A DNA stretch of 63,862 bases, counting the filler, from Octopus bimaculoides (taxonomy: Eukaryota): assembly GCF_001194135.2 (NCBI RefSeq). It is 7 parts of 6 records of this genome, joined end to end, with 100 filler letters (N's around TTAATTAATTAA, not from the genome) between each part and the next. Parts side by side here need not be neighbours in the genome. Positions count along the whole stretch, not along the records: positions 21,673 to 27,584 come from NC_068984.1; positions 27,685 to 45,852 come from NC_068984.1; 5 more parts are not named here. One strand, given 5' to 3'. Position numbers and translations under genes: made by a program. The first letter of the stretch is position 1. Each line of letters starts with the position of its first letter. The notes under the pieces were generated by a model that worked only from the letters and a program-made list of their open reading frames with translations, was not told the DNA's origin and searched no databases. Positions 24,601 through 37,478 of this stretch are shown piece after piece.

Positions 24601-27584
24601 GGGAGGCCGAACGGACGCACTACGTCTAAATTATGCTCGAACGGTGCAAAGGGTGGCCGAACGGACGCTCGTACTTTCGAATTCAGCTCGGACGGTGCAG
24701 ATAGAGTCCGAACGGACGCACGTACGTNNNNNNNNNNNNNNNNNNNNNNNNNNNNNNNNNNNNNNNNNNNNNNNNNNNNNNNNNNNNNNNNNNNNNNNNN
24801 NNNNNNNNNNNNNNNNNNNNNNNNNNNNNNNNNNNNNNNNNNNNNNNNNNNNNNNNNNNNNNNNNNNNNNNNNNNNNNNNNNNNNNNNNNNNNNNNNNNN
24901 NNNNNNNNNNNNNNNNNNNNNNNNNNNNNNNNNNNNNNNNNNNNNNNNNNNNNNNNNNNNNNNNNNNNNNNNNNNNNNNNNNNNNNNNNNNNNNNNNNNN
25001 NNNNNNNNNNNNNNNNNNNNNNNNNNNNNNNNNNNNNNNNNNNNNNNNNNNNNNNNNNNNNNNNNNNNNNNNNNNNNNNNNNNNNNNNNNNNNNNNNNNN
25101 NNNNNNNNNNNNNNNNNNNNNNNNNNNNNNNNNNNNNNNNNNNNNNNNNNNNNNNNNNNNNNNNNNNNNNNNNNNNNNNNNNNNNNNNNNNNNNNNNNNN
25201 NNNNNNNNNNNNNNNNNNNNNNNNNNNNNNNNNNNNNNNNNNNNNNNNNNNNNNNNNNNNNNNNNNNNNNNNNNNNNNNNNNNNNNNNNNNNNNNNNNNN
25301 NNNNNNNNNNNNNNNNNNNNNNNNNNNNNNNNNNNNNNNNNNNNNNNNNNNNNNNNNNNNNNNNNNNNNNNNNNNNNNNGTGGAGAGGGAGGCCTAACGG
25401 ACGCACGGACTTTCGAATTCCGCTCGAATGGTGCAGAGGGAGGCTGAACGGACGCACGTACGTTCGAATTCCGCTCGAGCGGTGCAGAGGGAGGCAAAAC
25501 GGATGCACGTACGTTCGAAATCCGCTCGAGTAGTGCAGAGGGAGGCCGAAAGGACGCATGTAAGTGCGAATTCCGATCGATCGGTGCAGAGGGAGGACGA
25601 ACGGAGGGACCAACGTTCGAATTCCGCTCGAACGGTGCAGTTGAAGTCCGAACGGACGCACGTACTTCCGAATTCCGATCGATCGGTGCAGAGGGAGGCC
25701 GAACGGAGGGACGTACTTTCGAATTCCGCTCGAACCATGCAGAGGGAGGCCGAACGGACACACGTACGTTCGAATTCCGCTCGAGCTGTGCAGAGGGAGG
25801 TCTAACGGATGCACGTCCGTTTGACATCCGCTCGAACGGTGCAGAGGGAGGCCGAACGGTCGCACGTACGTTCGAATTCCGCTCGAACGGTGCAGGATGA
25901 GGACGAAGGGATGCACGTACGTTCGAATTCCGCTCGAACAGTGCAGAGTGAGGCTGAACGGACGCACGTTCGTCCGAATTCCGCTCGAATGGAGCAGAGG
26001 GAGGCTGAACGAACGCACATACGTTTGAATTGCGCTCGAGCGGTGCAGAGGGAGGCCTAACGGTCGCACGTACTTTCGAATTCCGTTCGAACGGTGCAGA
26101 GTGAGGCCGAACGGACGCACGTACGTTCGAATTGAGGTCGAACGGTGCAGTGGGAGGCCGAACGGACGGACGTCCGTTTGAATTTCGCTCGAACGGTCCA
26201 GAGGGAGGCTTACTTGACGCACGTACGTTCGAATTCCGCTCGAACGATGTAGATGTAGGTCGATCGGACACACGTACGTTCGTAGTACGCTCGAACAGTG
26301 CAAAGGGAAGCCGAACGGATGCACGTACGTTCGAAATCCGCTCGAACGTTGCAGAGGTATGACGAACGGACGCACGTACGTTCCAATTCGGCTGGAACGG
26401 TGCAGAGTGAGGCCGAACAACGCACGTACGTTCGAATTCCGCTCGAACGGTGGAGAGGGAGGCCGAACGGACGCACGTACTTTCGAATTCCGCTCGAATG
26501 GTGCAGAGGTAGGCGGAACGGATGCACGTACGTTCGAATTCCGCACGAGCGGTGCAGAGGGAGGCAAAACGGAAGCACGTACGTTCGAATTCCGCTCGAA
26601 CGGTGCAGAGGGAGGCCTAACGGACGCACGGACTTTTGAATTACGCTCCAGTGGTACAGAGGGAGGTCGATCGGACGCAGGTACGTTCGAATTCCGCTCG
26701 AACGGTGCAGAGGGAGGCAAAACGGATGCACGTACGTTCGAATTCCGCTCGAACGGTGCAGAGGGAGGCCTAACGGACGCACTTACTTTTGAATTCCGCT
26801 CCAGTGGTACAGAGGGAGGCAGATCGGACGCACGTACGCTCGAATTCCGCTCGAACGGTGCAGACGGTGCTTGAACGGACGCACGTATGTTCGAATTCCG
26901 CTCGAATGGTGGAGAGGGAGGCCGAACGTAGGCACGTACGTTCGAATTCCGCTCGAACGGTGCAGAGGGAGGTTGAACGGACGCACGTATGTTCGTATTC
27001 CCCTCGAGTGGTGCAGAGAGAGGCCGAATGGACGCACGTACGTTCGAATTCCGCTCGAGTGGTCCAGAGGGAGGCCGAACGGAGGAACGTACTTTCGAAC
27101 TCCCATCGAAAGGTGCAGAGGGTAGCCGAACGGACGCACGTACGTTCAAATTTCACCCGAACGGTGTAGAAGTAGGCCGACAGGACGCATGTACGTTCGA
27201 AATCCGCTCGAACGGTGCAGAGGGAGGCCGAACGGACGCACGTACTTTCGAATTCTGCTCGAACGGTACAGAAGGAGGCCGAACGGACGCACGTACTTTC
27301 GAATTACGCTCGAACGGTGCAGATGGAGGCCGAACGGACGCACGTACGTTCGAATTACGCACGAGCGGTGCAGAGGGAGGCCGAACGGACGCACGTACGT
27401 TCTAATTCCGATCGATCGGTGCAGAGGGAGGCCGAACGGAGGGACGTACTTTCGAATTCCGCTCGAACGGTGCAGATGGAGGCCGAACCGACGCACGTAC
27501 TTTCGAATTCCGATCGATCGGTGCAGAGGGAGGCCGAACGGAGGGACGTACTTTCGAATTCCGCTCAAAAGGCGCAGAGGGAGG
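21673..27584. repeat. 51-bp GC/CpG-rich satellite array (interrupted by N gaps)
   Basis: Consensus GAACGGACGCACGTACGTTCGAATTCCGCTCGAACGGTGCAGAGGGAGGCC (32/51 GC, 9 CpG). Explains the 17-aa repeats in all ORF-track frames. Confidence 0.97.
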
Positions 27585-27689
27585 NNNNNNNNNNNNNNNN
27601 NNNNNNNNNNNNNNNNNNNNNNNNNNNNTTAATTAATTAANNNNNNNNNNNNNNNNNNNNNNNNNNNNNNNNNNNNNNNNNNNNAACGT

Positions 27690-28698
27690 GACAATTTTTT
27701 TTTTTGTCTGAGCCTCGCTTTGCATTTGTGCTGACAGTACTTTTTTCTCGAATATTTTTCGTTTGACCTCTTTTGTTTCACCCAACTATATGAATTGTTA
27801 TGTCCGATTTTTCCACATCCCAAACATTTTAAATTTCTAAAAGGTCAGTTTCTTTTGAAATGTATTTATCCACACCCATAGTATGGTTTGAGTCTTGACT
27901 GTTGTTTTTCTCTTTTCTTATCCGTTACAGGTCGACACGTATGTATATTTGAATAACCTTTTTCAATTTTTTCTGCGTCCTGTCCTGAATTTATAATCCC
28001 TTAGCATTCTTCAGCCACTGTCTGTAGAGTGGCTGTTATTTTAGATAACAGGTTAATTGTTTCCTCGAAACAAATTTCGGATGGTTTTCTCGCCAGGATG
28101 TAATTACAATACTTTTCATGTTCTGCAGGTGATAATTTCTTTAAAAGAGTTCGTACATTCTTTTCGTCCGTCCAATTTTTACATTCTTCTTTGAAGATTC
28201 TTTCCTACCTTCTGAAGTATGCGCGAAACGTAATCTCTTCTTCTTTTGAACTGCAATAATAATTCCAACAACTGTTGATTTTACTGTTGTTGTAGTTGCT
28301 GTTGTACCTGTTGTTACTGTTTTTGTTGTTGCTGCTGTAGTTGTCGTTGCAACTTTTGCTGCTGTTGCTGTTGTTCTTGTTGTTACTATTGTAGTTTCTA
28401 TTGCAACTGTATCACAGATGCTAATAGGTCTTCCATGCTAAGAACATCCACAGTGAGCTTCAAATGTCTCATCACCACTCTTATATCCTTGAGTTTGGGT
28501 ATAGACTACACTGTAACAGCGTTATAACACTACAAAAACTAAATGAGTAACAAACACGTAACAAATTTACATCTCTTCTTAACGAGTTCTACCACTGCCT
28601 TCACAAATGCAACTGCACACATCACACTGTACGTCGCATTGTCAGTACGCATGCGCCTTTATAATGTTCACTTATAACTGCTCATTTGTTATCCCACA
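27690..28698 (-). mobile_element. Ty3/gypsy LTR retrotransposon remnant: probable 5' LTR, PBS and gag
   Basis: Minus reading resembles EEITF.AYFRR.ERIFKEECKNWTDEK.V..LL.KLSPAEHEKYCNYIL.RKPSEICFEETINLLSK, plus zinc-knuckle remnants CG*IHFKRN and C.GCGKIGH. PBS-like TGGTGATGAG at 28477-28468. Candidate LTR starts TGTGGG at 28698. Confidence 0.7.
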
Positions 28699-29780
28699 GG
28701 GGTGTCAGGATTTCACCACAACCCTTTTATATCTCCAGAAGTTTTGCTTTCAGCTATGACTTTTTACTCAAGTATCTACTTAGTTTTGGTCCTAACTTAC
28801 TCATGGTTAACGTTTGTAGTATCCAAGTAAGCATCTGGAATTCAATACATGCCATGGGCAGACTCTTCTTTCTCGCAGTCCTCGATTATGGCTTTTTTCA
28901 TTGATAATTTATCTTTGCAGACATATAAATCTTTGCCGCATCTCTTGTGATTTTATTCTATTTTTAGTTTAGTTGAGTTTTGTTTTTTGTTTTTGAAAAC
29001 GGTCTGCTTTATTCCAGGTGTTTTATTTACCCACTCTCATATTAAGATATTGTAATCTAGAGAAAGACAGGTTGTTGATCTCTGGTAGTTTTGTGCATTA
29101 AAATGTTTCTCCTCTTCAGTGAACTACTGAGACTTTTGCTCCGTTACTATTGAAACCACCATAATTATCACGTCAGGTGTTCCTGCTAAATATTTCAAGC
29201 AGGCCTCAGAGTTCCATGTTTTCCTTTTGGCTTTTCTTTCGTTCTCCACTTTTGTTTTTGTTTCTGTTAGTTTCTAAGTTACGTCTTGAATATTTGTGGC
29301 ATCTATAATTGTTCAGCTGCTGTGTTCCTTGAGTTGAAGAATCTCATTCATCTTTAGTGATTCTTTTTCTGTCCATAATCCTCTTTAGAATTTTACTGTT
29401 CTTGCTGCTGGGTCCATATCGATTTTCTCTATATTTTTAGACACTTTTTATAAAATCGTTTTGTTAAAAGTATCGTTGCTGCTGCCTTTCATACCTATGG
29501 TTTCTTTGCATTTTAGGAAGTATCTCTAGTTTCAGGCGTTCTTTGATTTCAGAGTCTTCTTATATCTTTTAATTCTTTTTTATGTGTCGTTTTGGTTTGG
29601 AATTTAATGATTTGTATTCTGCAGGTGTATTAACACTTCGTGTTTTGTAATTACTTTTATTTTCATTCATGTCAGCATGATTTACCTTTTCAAAGTTTAT
29701 TTGTCTGTCTCTCTGTCCGTCTGTCTGTCATCGTATTTATATGTGTGTCTGTATGTATGTGTATGCGTGTGTGTTAGTAT

Positions 29781-29827
<47 letters not shown>

Positions 29828-29908
29828 CGTGTGTGTGTATATATATATGCGCGTGTATATATATATGCGCGTGTATATATATATATATATATATATGCAT
29901 GTATATAT

Positions 29909-29942
<34 letters not shown>

Positions 29943-30919
29943 GCATTTATATATGCATATATATATATATACACATACACACACACACACATATGGTACA
30001 CTTTTTATTTTATTTATCAATGTATTTATTTATATACTTATTTATCTATCTATTTTTCTATGTATGTATGTATATAAATATAGGCACACATATACGTAGT
30101 TACGTATGTTCTAACTGTATAGTCTTCCTTTCAGACAATCTTTTTCGATCTCTGATTTTTCTCTCTTCTTTTTTCCTTGTTGGCTTTGAAAACGTATAAT
30201 TCTTAACGTTGCTATACCGTTGGGATCCATTCATCCGTTTTCTTCTTGACTATTTTCTCTCCAATTTTATATGAAAATAATGTTTAGTCCGTTTTTTTCT
30301 TTTTTTTTTCTTTTTTTTTTTTTTTGCTAGAATGTGGATATATGTTATGTATATAAAATCGATGCCTATTCCTCACGTGTCCATTTATATTTTTTGCTAT
30401 TCTGTTATATTTGCTTATCTCCAGTACTTTATTAAGAGTCTCGCATTCGTCATTATGATCCGTTTGTTTTTTGCTGGTAGTGTTGAGTTTTTCTCTCTAT
30501 TATGTTATATTGCAACTTAACTTAGTAATAAAAGCAATGTATTTTATATAAATAATGCTGTATTCATTTGTATCGGCTAGTAATAAATTTATCAATCCCG
30601 GAACAAGGCAAAAGAACCTCAGATCTACCACTGCTTGCCAACTTGAGTTGTTTTATTTATATTACCACAAGATACGGGTCCGACTGAATTCTAGATTAAA
30701 AGTGAAATAGATACTTGGGAGATTTATATGACAAGATGTTTCAAGGTAGTGCTCCAATATGTCCACAACCCATTTACTGAGCAGCTATAATGATAAAATA
30801 ACGTGCACTGTTTCCATGTACAGTTAAATAGGGTATTCAGTCGCTGATGAAACTCAATAGAAGACTGAAACTAGCCTCGCTAATTCATCTTTTTCTGTCT
30901 AAGAAACTATTGGAATATA

Positions 30920-30955
<36 letters not shown>

Positions 30956-31870
30956 TGTATGTATGTATGTATGTACGTATGCATGTGTATGTAAATGTAT
31001 GTATGCATATGTATATGCTTGCAATTGTGTGTCTGTGTCTGTCCCCCTCCATCGCTTGACAACTGATGTTGGTGTGTTTACAAAAGAGAGCGATAGGATA
31101 AATACTCGGCTTACAAAGAACAATTCCTGCAGTCGATTTGAGCGTCTAAAGGCGGTGCACAGCATGGCCGTAGTCAAAACCCATCCTACATCCCCTTACA
31201 GGAAGACCAACACAACTTCAACTAAAACGTAAGGCTTTCTTTACCTATCGCTATTATTACACCACCACATACATTAATATACCCACCAATCACTTCTCCT
31301 ACATCCCTCGCACCACGAACTCTCAACATACTCCTCAACATTCTGATGAGATCTGCCAAACCATTGGCTAGATTGAAACGTACGTAAATGACTATTACAT
31401 AACATTCACAATGACTTACTACATAACCTCAACCTCCACAATGACTCATTACATAACCTCCACACAATAAAACAACGGCTAACTAGCCCAACAGAACTGC
31501 TNNNNNNNNNNNNNNNNNNNNNNNNNNNNNNNNNNNNNNNNNNNNNNNNNNNNNNNNNNNNNNNNNNNNNNNNNNNNNNNNNNNNNNNNNNNNNNNNNNN
31601 NNNNNNNNNNNNNNNNNNNNNNNNNNNNNNNNNNNNNNNNNNNNNNNNNNNNNNNNNNNNNNNNNNNNNNNNNNNNNNNNNNNNNNNNNNNNNNNNNNNN
31701 NNNNNNNNNNNNNNNNNNNNNNNNNNNNNNNNNNNNNNNNNNNNNNNNNNNNNNNNNNNNNNNNNNNNNNNNNNNNNNNNNNNNNNNNNNNNNNNNNNNN
31801 NNNNNNNNNNNNNNNNNNNNNNNNNNNNNNNNNNNNNNNNNNNNNNNNNNNNNNNNNNNNNNNNNNNNNN

Positions 31871-31911
<41 letters not shown>

Positions 31912-32107
31912 TTATATATATATATATATATGTATGTATAAACATACATATATTTGGATATATACATTTACATATATATATACACACACACACATATATA
32001 TATGTGTATATATGTATACATGTATGTATGTATGTATGTATACATGCACATGCGTGCGTGTGTGTTCTAAAAATCTTGACCACATTTATACATAAACATA
32101 CACGCAG

Positions 32108-32152
<45 letters not shown>

Positions 32153-33141
32153 GTATGGAAGTATGTATGTATGCATATATGTATTCATGCGCACGCGTAC
32201 GTATGTGTGTTAAAATTGTGAGCAGGTTTTACTATTATACGTGCATAAGCTCATACATATTTATAAGTTATTCTCTCTTATTCATTTTGCTATTTCCCGT
32301 TGTAACAATCATTCCTCACTTTCACTACCTCCATCATATTTAATACGCAACTCCGCATTTCTCCATTAATCACGTGTATATCCTTAGCATATTTTACCCA
32401 TAATACTGTGCCCCGTGTTAACTTGACACATTCCTAAATAATTCTATTTTATTCATTCCTTTGCATCATCCTTCCTTATAAAAGATTATCATTGCTTATT
32501 TGTTTCTTTCATGGTTTCCTTATTCGCTGTTATTTATTTATATATTTCTGTATTTATTAGTACTTCCTCCCATCCGAAACCTTCCTATTTTTCACCAAGC
32601 TTCTTCCCTACAGCACCATCTGATGGTTATCACATCAATAAAACGCTAATATTTCTACATAGTGTGTGTCTAGGTACAGTATCTTATTAATATACACACG
32701 TATGTGTGCGTTGCGTGTGTGTGTGTCTGTTATCTGCATATGAGTACATCTATCTATCAATATATATATATCGGTGCGAATGTTTTTTTGTTTTTTTATA
32801 CGGCGCCGAATTTACAATCCTGTAAATAATAATATTAATAATGGTGTTTTAATATGAGCTTAAATCTTATGGCGTACAATGACTAAGGAAAATAGTCTAA
32901 TAAATGGGCATATAAGCTCTCGAGAGAAAAAAGAAGGCTTACATATCCGCATGGATGTCGAAACCACATCCCTTTGTTAACGCAACTAAATGTGTTACGT
33001 TTACACCAGCAAATCATCCTTCATATTGCTATCAAGTTTAAGAACCATAATAGATCGTTTTTGTTTTCATATAAGCAAACTTTCTATATGCTTTCGGTGC
33101 GAATGTTTTTATGTATACGGCACCGAGTTTACAATCCTGTA

Positions 33142-33212
<71 letters not shown>

Positions 33213-34352
33213 CTACCTACCTACCTACCTACCTACCTACCTACCTTCCTACCTACCTACCTACCTACCTACCTTCCTACCTACCTACCTACCTACCTAC
33301 CTACCTACCTTCCTACCTACCTATCTACTTATCTATTTATCCATCTATCGATATATATATTATCTAAAGGTCGCAATATATGTATTAAAGCGTTACTAAT
33401 GGTTTCATACGGTGAGAAAACTCAAACATATTCTTCAGGCGCAAACCAACGCGTTTCTACTATTATTCAATTTCTTTAGTTCTTTATGTTATGTGGTTTG
33501 AGAATTATATTTGACAAGTTCGAAAGACGAACGAAAGCGTTAATATCGAAATGAAAGTATAAAATAAATGAAAGAAGTTTTTTCCAAAATTCTGACGACT
33601 TTTTTTTCAATATATATATATATATATATATATGTACATGTGTATATATATATATATATGCATATATATATACATATATACATATATCTATTATTGCAGT
33701 AGTAGTAGTTGCTTTTTGCTCTTAAATTTATAAATACCAACATAAACGTGTTTGTATTTATAAATCTATGTACAAAAGCAGTCACAACAACAACAATAAT
33801 AATAATAATAATAATAATAATGTATGTGCGTAAATATGTATGACTGGTGTACATGCTCGTTAGTGTGAACGTGCGTCCTTATGTGTTACTTTCTAAGTAT
33901 AGCCTGTGAGACATCTACATATTAGCGAATGTTCCATATCAGGTATATCCTTCGCTCTTCCAATCTGCATAAAACAATTACGATCGCAACCAACAGGAGT
34001 AATTTCTTCTATGCAGCATGCTTTATGTATTTGCTAACTCGCTTTCTCTTCTTTTGTTTTCCTTATTGTAAATAGAATTATTCATTTCCTCTCTCTTCTT
34101 TCGAAGATGGGTAATATGTAAAAAAAAGTTCAGTGATATTAACAATAAGATGGAAAAATGAAACAATAAAACAATAAATAAAAATAAATTAATGCATAGT
34201 GAAAAACGCAAGTAGAAAACATACATTATATCAGATATTCCTGGCCTAGAAATGTTCGAATCAATATAGGCATGCTGAGTATATGACAGTAAAACATCGC
34301 TTTAAATTATGTGTATATCTATGAGTTCTTGAAAGTTGGTTATTTTCCCTAA

Positions 34353-34390
<38 letters not shown>

Positions 34391-34964
34391 NNNNNNNNNN
34401 NNNNNNNNNNNNNNNNNNNNNNNNNNNNNNNNNNNNNNNNNNNNNNNNNNNNNNNNNNNNNNNNNNNNNNNNNNNNNNNNNNNNNNNNNNNNNNNNNNNN
34501 NNNNNNNNNNNNNNNNNNNNNNNNNNNNNNNNNNNNNNNNNNNNNNNNNNNNNNNNNNNNNNNNNNNNNNNNNNNNNNNNNNNNNNNNNNNNNNNNNNNN
34601 NNNNNNNNNNNNNNNNNNNNNNNNNNNNNNNNNNNNNNNNNNNNNNNNNNNNNNNNNNNNNNNNNNNNNNNNNNNNNNNNNNNNNNNNNNNNNNNNNNNN
34701 NNNNNNNNNNNNNNNNNNNNNNNNNNNNNNNNNNNNNNNNNNNNNNNNNNNNNNNNNNNNNNNNNNNNNNNNNNNNNNNNNNNNNNNNNNNNNNNNNNNN
34801 NNNNNNNNNNNNNNNNNNNNNNNNNNNNNNNNNNNNNNNNNNNNNNNNNNNNNNNNNNNNNNNNNNNNNNNNNNNNNNNNNNNNNNNNNNNNNNNNNNNN
34901 NNNNNNNNNNNNNNNNNNNNNNNNNNNNNNNNNNNNNNNNNNNNNNNNNNNNNNNNNNNNNNNA

Positions 34965-36530
34965 TTGGAATGTTCTTGGCAAACATGGACATTAAAATTT
35001 CTACATGTAGTACGAGTTTTCCTATCTATTTTGGGCCATACAAAGAACATCTTCCTTTTTTTTTTTTTTTGGCTGAGGAACCTCAAATGAGGTTCAAGAT
35101 CGTCTTCCTTTCTTGTTTGGTTGAGAAATATTAGCGGAACTAGAAGATCGTTTGTTATGTTCTTGTTTAGTATTGACTCCAGCAAGTTCCTTTTCTAACT
35201 GAATTAGGCACTGTCTTCTTTTATCCTTGAAAATTTGCAAGGGAAGCTGTTTAGCAATAATGAAAGCATTCACTGAACTTATATCAATCATGTTGTAGAA
35301 TATAACCAAAGGCCATCTTCAAGTCATTCTTTTGCAAGTGAATGTCCTTACCATCTTATCTAGGGTATCTACTCCTCCTTTTGTTTTGTTGTAACATGTA
35401 ATAACTTCAAGTTTTTTTTTTCAGCACTTTTTGAATCAATTGAAGGCTGAGAGTGCATTGTACTCAATAGTGTGACTATATAATTTTTCTTGCGTCAATA
35501 AGATAAGATCATAGAATCCTTTTGAAATCCAAATATTGTGCTGTTGATCTCCCTTTCTTTTACATTTGTGAAAGCACTTGGAATTTCAACTCTGTTCTTT
35601 CTAATTGTTCCAACTAAAGTAGTTTTCTTACTAAAAAGCTTTCGAGCCAATGCTAGACTTGTAAAAAAGTTATCGCAAGTTATATTGCGACCAGTATTTT
35701 CATGTTCTTTTGCTAGGTCTTCAACAACTCTTGAACTTTGATTTGTCTCTCTCCCTTTCACTGGGTCTTTTCCAGTGTAGATTTGCATTTTCCAAGCATA
35801 AGATGTATATTGCCCAAATTTTAATTCCATATTTCTCTGGTTGTGAAGGAATATATAGCCGGAATGGGCAGCGCCCTCTAAAGGAAACTAATTATTCCTC
35901 AACTGTCACGCATGGACTTGGAACATATCCATCTTGCAAATTCTGATTCCATATTTCAAGTACTTCTCTTATGGGCTACAATTTATCATCACTTCTCTTT
36001 TTTCTTCTTGCATTAACATCATCAAAACGCAATATTTGTAACATCTGTTGAAATCTTTCCTGGCTCATAACTTTGTTGACTATTGGGCGGCCACCTTCTT
36101 GACTCCATAACAGTGTGAAATTTTCATGTTTATATTTATAAGCACCTATAAGAATAATCAGTCCAATAAATTTCTTTAGTTCAGAGTGATCAATTTCCTT
36201 TCGTTTATCTTTGTAAACAACCTGACCTTCAGCATTTGTTCATTTACGAATTGCTTCAAGAAGATTCTTGTACATAAAGATAGTAAAACATATTTCAATG
36301 CTATCACAAGACCTTTTAGCAAAACAGAATGGTCCACATTCTGGGTGCACAATACTGCAGAATGGAAAACACAACTGAACTATATGAAACTTGATAGCAG
36401 ACTAAAGGCAGTTATTGCTCTCACATATTTATACTCTCCTGAAAGATGATGCAATATATTGTAAGAATTGCGTCATCACATAAAAATATTGCATCACCCT
36501 ATAACCTAGCAGGTTAAAGGTGATGCAACA
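34965..36530 (-). mobile_element. piggyBac (PGBD4-like) transposase pseudogene
   Basis: TVEE*LVSFRGRCPFRLYIPSQPEKYGIKIW, GRNITCDNFFTS, YNKTKGGVDTLDKM, WPLVIFYNMIDIS and a decayed C-terminal Cys-rich domain (DRKTRTTCRNFNVHVCQEH). Stops and frameshifts. Confidence 0.92.
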
Positions 36531-37478
36531 CCACACAAATTTACAGGAATATTTTCATAATTTTTCCTATTTTATCAAGAATTCAGCAAATAAATAGAAA
36601 ACAATTTTATCTATTTTATATCTAATAAATATCTATGAAAATAATATTTGATATAGTGTTTTTATTCTGTTTAGAATGACAAGAGTATTGTCTGACTTTA
36701 ATTCAAGGTCCAATGGAACAATACGGTTATTAATGTATAAAGGGAAATTTTCTAGCTTTTATAAACACACGGAAAATTTCCCTTTTGACAAATAAAAGAG
36801 AGTCAAGAAAAAATAAGAGACACGAGAAATCAGCAGAATGTAATATACAGTAGGAAAAAGCAACTGAAAAAACTTGCACCCATTGGTAGACAGAAGTCTA
36901 ATGAAGTAACGAAATAATACTATGTAGAGTTTCTTATTTTTGTGTTTCTAAAATTGGATACACAAATATAACAAAATGTATCCAAAATCAAACACTTCTT
37001 AGACAACGATTCTCGAGGAATAGCCAAGATATTGATGGTAAGTGAAAGAATACTTGAGAGAAGTATGGATACAGACGGAATCACTACGGAGAAGACAGTT
37101 CAAAACAGCAAACAATCCCCCGCAATCATTTAACAGAAAATAATCATACAAGCAGATCAGATGAAAGAACCAGACAGGATAAACTTCCAAACATCTGATA
37201 AAATATTTAACGAAGACATATAACGGTGATCACAGAGATGTTCTATAAGATTAACACTAATCTAAACATTAATAATAGCTAAGAAGACTTGGCACAAATC
37301 ATGATAAGAAAGCAGAAAATGTCTTGTACAAATTTTGTGCATTTAGTTTCGATCTTCATCAATAATTTTGTGTACAATTGCCACATGTTCTACATCATAT
37401 AGGAATATCAAATGAAATTCCAAGTAAAGAGTACAGGAAATAGACTAAATATACAAGAAATATCTCTCGATCATTAAT

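Noticed and set aside
21673-27584. Long ORFs (up to 908 aa) in the satellite as a repeat protein or protamine-like gene
   Set aside because: The consensus is open in all six frames by composition. CpG decay creates TGA in all three plus frames (gctTGA, gttTGA, ggcTGA), and 50/52-bp monomers shift the frame. The PPSAPFERNSNVRASVR frame cannot gain a stop by CpG decay, which explains its length without selection. The longest ORFs also span Ns.
21673-27584. CRISPR-like array or CENP-B box
   Set aside because: There are no unique spacers, variation is spread across the whole unit, and no cas genes are present. The TTCG-N4-A-N2-CGGG pattern is absent on both strands of the consensus.
28950-29650. 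Possible RTE-like remnant on the minus strand
   Set aside because: Only vague similarity with no intact motif, so it is not supportable.
33900-34230. Hydrophobic minus-strand stretches resembling GPCR TM5-TM6
   Set aside because: Requires a stop plus a frameshift and has no diagnostic motif. F/I/L-rich peptides are expected from AT-rich DNA.
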